Of a stretch of 39,806 bases of DNA, positions 1 through 8,704 are shown in pieces. The translations under genes and the position numbers were made by a program. The notes under the pieces are model-generated. The model made no database searches. It was not told where the DNA came from and saw only the letters and a program-made list of their open reading frames with translations. Positions within the stretch are counted from its first letter, which is position 1. The number at the start of each line of letters is the position of its first letter. Source of the stretch: a virus (taxonomy: Duplodnaviria; Caudoviricetes); IMG/VR virus record IMGVR_UViG_3300014656_006081, positions 1-39,806 of that record; one strand, given 5' to 3'.

Positions 1-1707
1 ATGAGCCACGAGCTCAAGATTGAATCGGGATCGGACGCCGTAGCTGGCGACCATGTGCCCAACATCCAGGGAGCTCCCGTGTCGGACCTGGAGGAAATGC
101 GCCGTAAGGTGCAGGCCCGCCGCGCGGAAGAAGAACGTGATGGTCGCGCTGGAGGAGGCCAGGCTGGGAGAGGCGCCATGGGCACCGGCGTAGCGCAGCG
201 CAAAATTCCTACGGATTTTATCCTGCCCTGCGTGCGTGCAGAAGATCTCGGGCTCGGGATGCTCTATGCGGAGATCCACCGGGACCGCTTCCTCTTCGTC
301 AAGCAGACCCAGGAGTGGCTGGTTTGGGGTGGTCATCACTGGGGTTTGGACACGATGGACCAGGCCAAGGCCGAGGTCGAGGCCGTGGCGGAGTGCCTTC
401 TGGAGGAGCACGCGCGGCTTGGCCAATCAGCCACGGAGGCGGGACAGTCCGGGAACAAGGACGCGGCCACGTTCTACCAACGGCAGCAGCAGATGGTCAT
501 GAGCAGGGTCAAGAGGCTCCGCAAGAAAGGGGGGCCCGAGGCCTGCCTGGAGTTCGCCCACACCAACCGCACTCCCCTGGCCATCTCCGGCGAGGAGCTG
601 GATGCCCGGGAATGGCAGGTGGCCTGCGCCAATGGAGTATTGGACCTTCGCACTGGTCGGTTCCGGGGGGGGAGGACGGGGGATTTCATCCTCAAGGCCT
701 CGCCGGTGGAGTGGTTGGGGATCGATACCCCGGCCCCTCGCTGGGAGCGGTTCCTCCATGAGGTCATGGGTGACGACGCCGAAATGGCCGCCTACCTGGG
801 CCGCCTGTTCGGCGCATCCATGCGCGGCGGGAACAAGGAGCACGTCCTCCCGGTACTGCATGGCAAGGGGCGCAACGGCAAGTCCATGCTGGTCGAGACC
901 ATCATGCATGTGCTGGGGCCCCTGGCTGGGCCGATCCCGGCGGAGATGCTGCTGGACCAGAACAGTGTACGGAACTCCGACGCGCCCTCTCCCTCCATCA
1001 TGGCCTTGCGCGGATTACGCGCGGCCTTTGCCTCCGAGACGGACGAAAATCGCCGCTTCTCCTCGGCCCGTTGCAAATGGCTGTCTGGCGGCGACAAGCT
1101 CACGGGACGCTGGCCCAACGACAAGCGGCCCATCACCTTCGCGCCTACGCACATCTTGTTCCTGCTGACCAACCACAAGCCTCATGCTCCGGCGGAGGAC
1201 TTCGCCTTTTGGGAGCGCATGCACCTGATCCCGTTTGAGCGCTCCTTTGTGAATCGGGAGCCGAAGGACGAGACCGAGATGCGGCGGGACGACTCCCTGG
1301 GCGAGGCGCTCATGGCCGAGGCCCCGGGCATCCTCGCCTGGCTGGTGCGCGGTTGCCTGGAGTGGCAACAACAGGGGCTGAATCCGCCAGCCAAGGTCCT
1401 TGCCGCCACGGATGACTATCGCCGCGACGAGGATCTGCTGGCCCTGTTCGTGGGCGACTGCTGCGAAGTCGTGCCCGCTGATCTGAATGACCCCACGACC
1501 CGGACCAACGCTACGGATCTCTATGACGCCTTCGTGCATTGGTTCTCGGTGAACATATCCAAGAAGAAGCAATTCCCGCAGCGCAAGTTCGGCGCGCTGG
1601 CCCAGAAGAAGTTTCGTAAGGAAAAGGTCGGTGGGAAGAACTGGTATTATGGCCTGCTGATCAATGCCGAGGCCCGTGAAGAGCTGGGCGGAAAAAAGCT
1701 GTTCTAG
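1..1707 (+). CDS. P4/D5-family primase-associated SF3 helicase
   Basis: D5_N-like segment (ACANGVLDLRTG), Walker A LHGKGRNGKS, ASETDE, KWLSGGDKLTGR, LLTNHKP, winged-helix-like C-terminus. Confidence 0.9.
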   Translation: MSHELKIESGSDAVAGDHVPNIQGAPVSDLEEMRRKVQARRAEEERDGRAGGGQAGRGAMGTGVAQRKIPTDFILPCVRAEDLGLGMLYAEIHRDRFLFVKQTQEWLVWGGHHWGLDTMDQAKAEVEAVAECLLEEHARLGQSATEAGQSGNKDAATFYQRQQQMVMSRVKRLRKKGGPEACLEFAHTNRTPLAISGEELDAREWQVACANGVLDLRTGRFRGGRTGDFILKASPVEWLGIDTPAPRWERFLHEVMGDDAEMAAYLGRLFGASMRGGNKEHVLPVLHGKGRNGKSMLVETIMHVLGPLAGPIPAEMLLDQNSVRNSDAPSPSIMALRGLRAAFASETDENRRFSSARCKWLSGGDKLTGRWPNDKRPITFAPTHILFLLTNHKPHAPAEDFAFWERMHLIPFERSFVNREPKDETEMRRDDSLGEALMAEAPGILAWLVRGCLEWQQQGLNPPAKVLAATDDYRRDEDLLALFVGDCCEVVPADLNDPTTRTNATDLYDAFVHWFSVNISKKKQFPQRKFGALAQKKFRKEKVGGKNWYYGLLINAEAREELGGKKLF

Positions 1708-1722
1708 GACGAAAGACCATGG

Positions 1723-1752
1723 ACAGGAGCGGGTAGCCGCCTTCGCTCCTGT
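1723..1752. other. Inverted repeat after the helicase stop
   Basis: Perfect 9-bp stem ACAGGAGCG (1723-1731) / CGCTCCTGT (1744-1752). Confidence 0.55.
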
Positions 1753-1819
1753 GTGAAAAACCCGCAATTCCGGGGCTATGGAGTGCGGCCAGGACCCAAG
1801 GACGATTCATGTGCAGAGT

Positions 1820-1970
1820 CTCTTATAGGGTATTATTGCGGGATTCATTCAAATACCCATTTCTATCATCCTATTATTCTTTTTAACTAAAATAATAAAG
1901 AAAATAAGAATGTTAGAGATAGGATTCAAAATAGGATCGAAACAGGAGCGGGCAGGATCATGCAGGAAAA
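1820..1970. promoter_or_regulatory. Putative phage replication origin
   Basis: AT-rich island between helicase and primase; AGGA motif at 1921, 1933, 1944, 1954, 1964; ATAGGAT at 1919 and 1931 and inverted at 1868. Confidence 0.55.
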
Positions 1971-2005
1971 TGGTTGTTTCCACTGGTCGGAGGGGGGAGG
2001 CGAAT

Positions 2006-3439
2006 ATGAACGTGCTTGAGCTGTTGCAGGCTGACGGCATCTCGCCCCGCAAGGTGTCCGGTTCCAAGGGCGGTGAGTACCATAGCCCCTGCCCCGGCTG
2101 CGGCGGTACGGATCGCTTTCACTGCTGGCCCGAACAGAACGGTGGGGAGGGCAGCTGGTGGTGCCGTGGCTGCGACGCGGGCGGTGACTCAATCCAGTAC
2201 CTGGTGGATTTCCGGGGAATGGCCTTTCGCGCTGCTGCCGCCTTTGTGGGGCGCAAGCTGGAGCCCTGCGCCTCCTCCCGTCCGTTGCAGCCGCCCCGGC
2301 GTCCCAGCGAGGCCGCTCCGTGGCAACCAGAGCCCGCCCGTGAGCCTTCCGAGCGCTGGCGCACCCGAGCGGGCGAACTGGTGGCCGCAGCCCATGCACA
2401 GCTCCTGCGTACCCCTGAGCCCTTGGAGTATCTCGCCCGGCGTGGCCTGCCCCTGGAAGCCGTCGAGCGCTACCGCCTGGGCTGGCTGCCCGAGGACGTG
2501 TACCGCGAGCGTTCAGCCTGGGGACTGCCGCACGAGATGAACCCGCGCACGGGCAAGCCACGCAAGTTGTGGATCCCGGCTGGCCTGGTGATCCCCATCT
2601 TCCATGGCGGGCAACTGCACCGCGTGCGTGTGCGCCGCCCCAAGCCTGGCCCGTTCGGGCCGAAGAAATATTGTTGGGTGCCGGGCAGCGGCAGCGGGGT
2701 CATGGTCCTCTCTCCCAATGCCCGGGCCTTTGTGGCCGTGGAGGCGGAGCTGGACGCCATGCTCTGCGACTTTGCCACAGGCGATGCGGTGGGCGCTCTG
2801 GGGTTGGGCACCATCTCCGCCAAGCCGGATGTCTGGACGCATGGGATCCTGACCAGATCCCTGGCCATTCTGAACGCACTGGATTTTGAGTCCAGCGTCC
2901 CGGCGGGCACCGGCGAGGCGGCCCAGCTGGAAGCCGAGCGCAAGATGCGCCAGCAGCGCCAGGTGCGCGACTGGTGGCAGGCGACCTACGACCATGCCGA
3001 GCGCTGGCCGGTGCCCGAGGCCAAGGACCCCGGCGAAGCCTTCGCGGCGGGTGTGAACATCGCGGACTGGATCAAGGCGGGCCTGCCGCCGGTCATGCTC
3101 ATGCCTGCGGCCCCGGCGCGTCCCGTCGCTCCCCAATCTTCTCCCGAGGCTCCGGCCCCGGTCCGGCCTGTCGTTTCTCAAGCCATCCCCGAGGCCCCGG
3201 CCTCGTCCTCTGGTTCCAAGGCCGCCAGCTTGGCCGCCCTGGAGCGCCTGCTGCGCGAGACCGGCATCCGGCTGACGTTTAACGGCTCGCGGCCCTTTGA
3301 AATCCCCAAGCCTCTCCAGGGCCATACTGGCATCCTACGGCGGCTGAAGGAGTTGTGCTTCCAGGACGACGAGCTGGGGGCCTATCTGGACCGCCATCCC
3401 GACGCGATCATCACGGCGGAGAACCTGGTGGTGAGGTGA
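2006..3439 (+). CDS. Zinc-finger DNA primase (P4-alpha-type Zn finger plus Toprim-like domain)
   Basis: CPGCGGTDRF...WWCRGC Zn finger, EYLARRGL, VEAELDA, KDPGEA; GGAGG RBS before ATG 2006. Confidence 0.8.
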   Translation: MNVLELLQADGISPRKVSGSKGGEYHSPCPGCGGTDRFHCWPEQNGGEGSWWCRGCDAGGDSIQYLVDFRGMAFRAAAAFVGRKLEPCASSRPLQPPRRPSEAAPWQPEPAREPSERWRTRAGELVAAAHAQLLRTPEPLEYLARRGLPLEAVERYRLGWLPEDVYRERSAWGLPHEMNPRTGKPRKLWIPAGLVIPIFHGGQLHRVRVRRPKPGPFGPKKYCWVPGSGSGVMVLSPNARAFVAVEAELDAMLCDFATGDAVGALGLGTISAKPDVWTHGILTRSLAILNALDFESSVPAGTGEAAQLEAERKMRQQRQVRDWWQATYDHAERWPVPEAKDPGEAFAAGVNIADWIKAGLPPVMLMPAAPARPVAPQSSPEAPAPVRPVVSQAIPEAPASSSGSKAASLAALERLLRETGIRLTFNGSRPFEIPKPLQGHTGILRRLKELCFQDDELGAYLDRHPDAIITAENLVVR

Positions 3440-3652
3440 GAACGATGGTCAGGCTGGAATGGTGGCGAGGTGCGCCGGGCATCCGGGGCAGTCCGGAGCC
3501 CCGGCGAAGGAAGGAAAGTGAGGGCTGCCATGCGGAGCTGTTACCTCGGCATGGCGACCGGATAACGAAGGTATCCGATCAAGGTTCAACCTCAGCCCTC
3601 CTCCCGGCTCGCGGTGCGATGCGGTGAGGGGGGACTATCAGGAAAAGATCGG

Positions 3653-4999
3653 ATGGAAAAGCTGAAGCTCGAAATGTGGCCCGTTGCAAGGCTGCGTCCG
3701 TATGAAAGGCGACTGAGAAAGAACGAGAAAAACGTGGAACGCATGGTCTGCTGCATCGAAGAATATGGGTTTCGGATGCCCATCCTGGCGCTGGCCAGCG
3801 GCGAGGTCGTCGATGGCGACCTGCGCCTGAAGGCCGCCCTGCAGATGGGGCTGGAATCCGTCCCGGTGATCCTTGCAGAGGGCATGAGCGATGAGCAGGT
3901 CCGTGCGTTTCGCATCATGGCGAACAGTTCCGTGGCCTGGTCCAAGTGGAATGACGAAGAGCTCGCGCGCGAATTGCGGGAGCTGTGGGCGGCGGACTTC
4001 AGCCTTGAGCTGACCGGCCTGCCCCTGTCCGAGATCGAGGATCTCCTCGAAACGTTCGGGGAGGCGGACGCAGGGGCGGATCCCGACGCAATGCCGGTGC
4101 CAGGCCCCTGCGTCTCCCGTCCTGGGGATCTGTGGCAGCTTGGGGTGCATCGTCTGCTCTGTGGTGATTCCACCAGCGCGGCCGATGTGCGGCGGCTCAT
4201 GGACGTCGAACAGGCCGACATGATCTGGACCGATCCGCCCTACAACGTGGATTACCACGGCAAGGCGGGGAGCATCCAAAATGACAGCCTGCCGGACGCG
4301 GAGTTTCGGCGTTTCCTGCGGGATGCCTTCGCCGCGATGTTTGGGGTGCTGCGCAAGGGTGGGGCGGCGTATGTGGCGCATGCCGACACCGAGGGCCTGA
4401 ACTTCAGGGGTGCGTTTTGCGAGGTCGGGTTCAAGCTCGCGTCCTGTCTGGTCTGGCGCAAGGACCATTTCGTCCTGGGCCGCGCGGATTACCAGTGCCA
4501 ACACGAGCCGATTCTCTACGGCTGGAAGCCGGGGGCCGCGCATCGTTGGTTTGGAGGTCGCAAGCGCAAGACCCTCCAGGAGCTGGGTGGCCTTGGCCAT
4601 GTGAGTGTGTCCCCGGATGGAAGCGTGTCTCTGTTTCTCGACGATCGCGCCCTGCGCATCACCGGGCAGGACCTGGCTGTGGAGGATCTGGAAACCACGC
4701 TGGCCTTCGAGGAAAAGCCACGCAGCTCGGAACTGCATCCCACCATGAAGCCCGTTGCCCTTGTGGAACGCTTTCTCAAGAACAGCAGCCTGAAAGGCGA
4801 CTGCGTGCTTGATCCGTTTGGCGGATCGGGGACCACGCTCATCGCCTGCGAACGGACGAGGCGCCGATGCCGGACCATGGAGCTGGACCCCAAATACGCG
4901 GACGTCATCGTACGGCGGTGGCAGGAGTTCGCGGGGCAGGATGTGGTGCATGCCACGAGCGGCGAAACCTTTGCCCAGCGTGAGGCCGTCAATGGATAG
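3653..4999 (+). CDS. ParB-N-fused amino-methyltransferase (N6-adenine/N4-cytosine, beta class)
   Basis: ParB-like N-terminus (VVDGDLRLKAA), HRLLCGDS, TDPPYNV, HPTMKPV, LDPFGGSGTT, ELDPKY. Confidence 0.92.
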   Translation: MEKLKLEMWPVARLRPYERRLRKNEKNVERMVCCIEEYGFRMPILALASGEVVDGDLRLKAALQMGLESVPVILAEGMSDEQVRAFRIMANSSVAWSKWNDEELARELRELWAADFSLELTGLPLSEIEDLLETFGEADAGADPDAMPVPGPCVSRPGDLWQLGVHRLLCGDSTSAADVRRLMDVEQADMIWTDPPYNVDYHGKAGSIQNDSLPDAEFRRFLRDAFAAMFGVLRKGGAAYVAHADTEGLNFRGAFCEVGFKLASCLVWRKDHFVLGRADYQCQHEPILYGWKPGAAHRWFGGRKRKTLQELGGLGHVSVSPDGSVSLFLDDRALRITGQDLAVEDLETTLAFEEKPRSSELHPTMKPVALVERFLKNSSLKGDCVLDPFGGSGTTLIACERTRRRCRTMELDPKYADVIVRRWQEFAGQDVVHATSGETFAQREAVNG

Positions 5000-5732
5000 G
5001 CAGATGCTCGAGGAGCTCCTCGAACGCAGCGCCGAGACGGATATCCCCACGTTGCTCAAGGCCAAGGAAGAAGCCAAGCGCAGGATGCGCAACGATCCCT
5101 CCCCGCAGAACGTCTCCGTCTTTGAGAAGGCGTCGCGCATGATGGAGGCTCGAATGGGCAAGACAGACCATGTGCAGACGGAGAATCTGGCCAGCATCAC
5201 CGCAGTGCTGGAATACCTGTTGGACTGCGGTCGCAAGGTGAGGAAATCCAAGCTGTATCAGGATGTGAAAACCGGACTGCTCGCGCGGCAGCCCGGCGGC
5301 GGGTTCAGCAAGGCCGCCGTGGACGCCTACGCGCAGGCGCTGCCGCTGGTGGCCGTGCCCAAGGTGGACTCCGACAATATCAAGGAGCTGGCTAGGCGCA
5401 GGCAGGAAGCCACCATTCAGAAGATCGAGGAGGAGACCGCGCGGATCCGCTTCAAGCGGGAGGCGGAGCGTGGCCGCTTCATCCCTCGCGAGCAGGTGGA
5501 GCTGGAGCTGGCGGGCCGGGCCGTGGTTTTGGAAACAGGCCTCCGGCAGGCCGTGGAGATGAACGTGCTGGATCTGATCCATCTGGTGGACGGGGATCCG
5601 CGCAAGTCGCAGCGGTTTTTGGAAGTGTTCGAAGGCTATCTCAATGAGGCGCTGAACCAGTTTGCAAGCAAGGCAGAATTCGAGGTGACGTTTACAGATG
5701 CTGATTCAGGAAATGAAACCGAAACAGAATAG
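4992..5732 (+). CDS. Probable terminase small subunit
   Basis: Directly upstream of and overlapping the large subunit; Nu1-like coiled C-terminus (REAERGRFIPREQV). Confidence 0.65.
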   Translation: MDRQMLEELLERSAETDIPTLLKAKEEAKRRMRNDPSPQNVSVFEKASRMMEARMGKTDHVQTENLASITAVLEYLLDCGRKVRKSKLYQDVKTGLLARQPGGGFSKAAVDAYAQALPLVAVPKVDSDNIKELARRRQEATIQKIEEETARIRFKREAERGRFIPREQVELELAGRAVVLETGLRQAVEMNVLDLIHLVDGDPRKSQRFLEVFEGYLNEALNQFASKAEFEVTFTDADSGNETETE

Positions 5733-7701
5733 CCGCAGCCTGACGGTGGCGCTGCCGCGTTGGCTTCCCGATGCGGTGCGCGCCGACTTTGCGCGGCGGA
5801 TTGGCGAGGACGGCCCGGTGGTGCATCGCTTCCGGTTCTCCCTGGGCGAGCGCAAGGTCTACCGCAAGCGCAGGCCCATGCCCGTGAGCCAGTGGGCGGA
5901 GAAGCACCGCATCGTGCATCAGTCATCCATCCCCGGGCGCTGGCACAACGAGGTGACTCCCTACATGGCCGGTGTGATGGACGCCTCGTTTTTCCCGTCC
6001 GTGGAGACGGTGGCCATCTGCAAGACCCCGCAGACCGGCGGGTCCGAAGCCATCCACAACTGCATCGGCTACGCCATCGATCGCGCGCCCGGGCCGGTGA
6101 TGTATGTCTTCCCGGACCGGCTGACGGCCAAGGAAAATGCCCAGGACCGGATTATCCCGATGCTGGAGTCCAGCCCGCAGTTGCGCACCTACCTGACCGG
6201 GCTGGCGGACGACGCCAGCAGCCTGCGCATCAACCTTGCGCACATGACCATCTACCTTGGCTGGTCCGGCTCTGTCTCCCGCCTGGGGAACAAGCCGGTG
6301 CGCTTCCTGGTGATGGACGAGCTGGACAAATACAAGAACCCCAAGAACGAGACCTCGAGCGAGGCCCTGGCCGAGAAGCGCACCACGACCTGGCGGCGCA
6401 AGCGCAAGATCTGGAAGATCTCGACCCCCACCATCGAGAGTGGCCCGATCTGGCGGGCGCTGACCGAAGAGGTCCAAGTCGTCTTTGATTACTTTGTGCG
6501 CTGCCCGCATTGCGGGATGCACCTGCTCATGGATTTTGACCACATCCGTTGGCCCAAGGATGAGCGGGATCCCGAGGTAGTCCGGGCGCGTCGCCTGGCC
6601 TGGTACGAATGCGGGCAGTGCGGCGTCTGCTGGGACGACAACGACCGGGACAAGGCCGTGCGCCTGGGCGAGTGGCGGGCTCGCAATTCCGGGCTGGAAC
6701 TGGCGGGGCATTTGCGTGCCCATCGCCCGGCCAAGGTTGGCTTTCATATCCCGGCCTGGCTGTCCTACTTCGTTTCGCTTTCCGAGGTCGCGGCGGCCTT
6801 CCTGAAGTGGAAGAAGACCGGCAACCGCGACGACCTGAAGGACTTCATGAACCAGTACAAGGCCGAGCCGTGGCGGGCCTATGAGGTGCAGCGCAGCGAG
6901 GATGCGATCCTGGCCCTGTGCGACGACCGCCCGCGCGGCATCGTGCCCGGGGCGCTGGAGGACGGCACCCCGCGCGTGGCCGCCCTGGTGGCCGGGGTGG
7001 ACTCCCAGAAGCGCTATTTCCGCTATGTGATCCGGGCCATCGGCTGGGGCGAGGATGAGGAGAGCTGGTTGGTGCAGGCCGGGAGCGTGCCCAGCTTCGA
7101 GGCCCTGGAGCAGGTGCTTTGCAAAAACACCTACTGCGATGCGGATGGCAACGAGCACCGTGTGCGGCTGGCGGTGCAGGACGCCATGGGCACGCGCACC
7201 AAGGAGGTCTACCAGTTCTGCGTCAAGAACCGGGGGCGAGTCTTCCCCTATCAGGGGAAGCGCACGCTCTCCGCGCCTGTGCAGTATGCGCCGCAGGAGT
7301 TCTATCCCGGCACCAAGTCGCGCATTCCTGGTGGCCTTGTGCTGTGGAAGGTGGACACCACCTTCTTCAAGAACGACCTCGCCGCCAAGTTGCAGGTCGA
7401 GCCCACCGACCCCGGGGCGTTTCATCTGCATGCGGGCATTACCACCGAGTATGCCCAGGAGATGGTGGCCGAATACTACGACGATGAGCAGCTCTGCTGG
7501 CAGTGCCCCAAGGGCAAGGACAACCACTTTTGGGACTGCGAGGTCATGGCCCTGGTGGCCGCCTATGAATTGAATATACGTAACTGGAAGCGACCAAGGG
7601 CAAAGCCGAAACAAGCGAACGAGCGCAAGCAGCAAATGATCCCCCACCCCAACATAAATGCCGGATACGGTTCCCGCCCGGACTGGTTCAATAGGAGATA
7701 G
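5713..7701 (+). CDS. Terminase large subunit, lambda GpA family
   Basis: VSQWAE, TPYM, KTPQTG Walker A region, VMDELD Walker B, ISTPT, CPHC and CGQC Zn motifs, AGVD, NHFWDCEV nuclease motif; alternative start 5698. Confidence 0.93.
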   Translation: MKPKQNSRSLTVALPRWLPDAVRADFARRIGEDGPVVHRFRFSLGERKVYRKRRPMPVSQWAEKHRIVHQSSIPGRWHNEVTPYMAGVMDASFFPSVETVAICKTPQTGGSEAIHNCIGYAIDRAPGPVMYVFPDRLTAKENAQDRIIPMLESSPQLRTYLTGLADDASSLRINLAHMTIYLGWSGSVSRLGNKPVRFLVMDELDKYKNPKNETSSEALAEKRTTTWRRKRKIWKISTPTIESGPIWRALTEEVQVVFDYFVRCPHCGMHLLMDFDHIRWPKDERDPEVVRARRLAWYECGQCGVCWDDNDRDKAVRLGEWRARNSGLELAGHLRAHRPAKVGFHIPAWLSYFVSLSEVAAAFLKWKKTGNRDDLKDFMNQYKAEPWRAYEVQRSEDAILALCDDRPRGIVPGALEDGTPRVAALVAGVDSQKRYFRYVIRAIGWGEDEESWLVQAGSVPSFEALEQVLCKNTYCDADGNEHRVRLAVQDAMGTRTKEVYQFCVKNRGRVFPYQGKRTLSAPVQYAPQEFYPGTKSRIPGGLVLWKVDTTFFKNDLAAKLQVEPTDPGAFHLHAGITTEYAQEMVAEYYDDEQLCWQCPKGKDNHFWDCEVMALVAAYELNIRNWKRPRAKPKQANERKQQMIPHPNINAGYGSRPDWFNRR

Positions 7702-7703
7702 CC

Positions 7704-7907
7704 ATGAAAATGGACAGGAGCGTGGAGATGCATAAAGGACGGAAGTTGAACTGGAGACAGGCCTGCGAGATTCTGAATTGCTCCAAGAGCCATTTCTATA
7801 ACCTGATCAACGAGGGTAAGCTCCCGGCTTTTCGGGCAGGAAAAGTGCGCGGGGTGTGGGTGTGGGAGGGGGATGTGCGTGATTGTTTGGAGGCAGTGGC
7901 ACTGTGA
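7704..7907 (+). CDS. Excisionase-like (HTH_17/MerR-like) DNA-binding protein, possible late activator
   Basis: LNWRQACEILNCSKSHFYNLINEGKLPA winged HTH; AGGAG RBS. Confidence 0.8.
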   Translation: MKMDRSVEMHKGRKLNWRQACEILNCSKSHFYNLINEGKLPAFRAGKVRGVWVWEGDVRDCLEAVAL

Positions 7908-7920
7908 TTGGGGCGATTAG

Positions 7921-7947
7921 AAAGGCGGTCTTGGATGCCGCCTTTTT
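7921..7947. terminator. Probable bidirectional intrinsic terminator
   Basis: AAAGGCGG / CCGCCTTT stem followed by a T-run, lying between convergent genes. Confidence 0.75.
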
Positions 7948-7980
7948 GCTGTAGAAAAGCCTGAAATTCATCGTCTGAGT

Positions 7981-8271
7981 TTACTCAGACTTACGGCCCT
8001 GAGCGGCTGCGTAGACGCGCAACTTGTCGCGCCTGCCCACTGCGATGACGGTCACGTAGATCACGTCTTCATCGACACGGTAGACCAGCCTGTAGCCCAC
8101 CTTGCGCAGCTTGATTTTGTAGCAGTCCTGCATTCCCGAGAGCGCTGCTGACGGGATGCGGGGGTGTTCCAGGCGCTCGGTGAGTTTCTTTTTGAACTGT
8201 TCGCGGAGGTCCGCGTCCAGCTTCTTCCACTCCTTCAGGGCTAATTCGTGGAAGCGAAGTCTAAAGCTCAT
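7981..8271 (-). CDS. relE: RelE/StbE-family toxin
   Basis: ALKEWKKLD, CYKIKLRKVGYRLVYRV, VIAVGRR. Confidence 0.93.
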   Translation of the reverse strand: MSFRLRFHELALKEWKKLDADLREQFKKKLTERLEHPRIPSAALSGMQDCYKIKLRKVGYRLVYRVDEDVIYVTVIAVGRRDKLRVYAAAQGRKSE

Positions 8272-8506
8272 CGATATTTACTTCCACAAAAGGTCCACCC
8301 GCGCGCCCATGCGTCAGCTGTGCGTCCTCAAGGTCCTCTAAGCGCTCCAGCAACTGCTCGTAGTGTGCGGCGGAGAGCAGGTAGGCTTCCGGCTTGTTGT
8401 GGTTGAGCACGGCCACAGGGTCGTTCCCTGCTTGGTTCAAGACGGAGGCCAGATTCCGCTTTAGTTCGGTGACGCTCACGGTATTGCTGGCGTAGATGGT
8501 TTGCAT
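8261..8506 (-). CDS. Phd/YefM (StbD-like) antitoxin
   Basis: SVTELKRN, PVAVLNHNKPEAYL, acidic C-terminus; overlaps the toxin start. Confidence 0.92.
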   Translation of the reverse strand: MQTIYASNTVSVTELKRNLASVLNQAGNDPVAVLNHNKPEAYLLSAAHYEQLLERLEDLEDAQLTHGRAGGPFVEVNIDEL

Positions 8507-8520
8507 GGCAACCTCTTTTT

Positions 8521-8570
8521 TAGATGCTATATTTAATGCTATTTTTAGTGCCTAAAAAAGGCAATGTCAA
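8521..8570 (-). promoter_or_regulatory. Putative TA promoter and operator
   Basis: TTGACA (8570-8565), 17-bp spacer, TAAAAA; repeated ATGCTAT boxes between promoter and start codon. Confidence 0.5.
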
Positions 8571-8704
8571 CTCCCCCCTGGCAGGATAGGAGAGTCCCCT
8601 GAGTCCGAAAAAGTTTTAGTGCCTTGCATGAGCCAAAAATAAAGCCGAGGGCGGCAAGTGTCAGGTAAATACTGTCTCTGTAAACTCTGTACAATCTGCT
8701 CAAA

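Noticed and set aside
3440-3652. Possible cos site or small ORF before the methylase
   Set aside because: Position is plausible but no recognisable cos motif or convincing reading frame
1719-7722. 13-bp match ATGGACAGGAGCG at 1719 and 7710
   Set aside because: Several 13-mer matches are expected by chance in 40 kb
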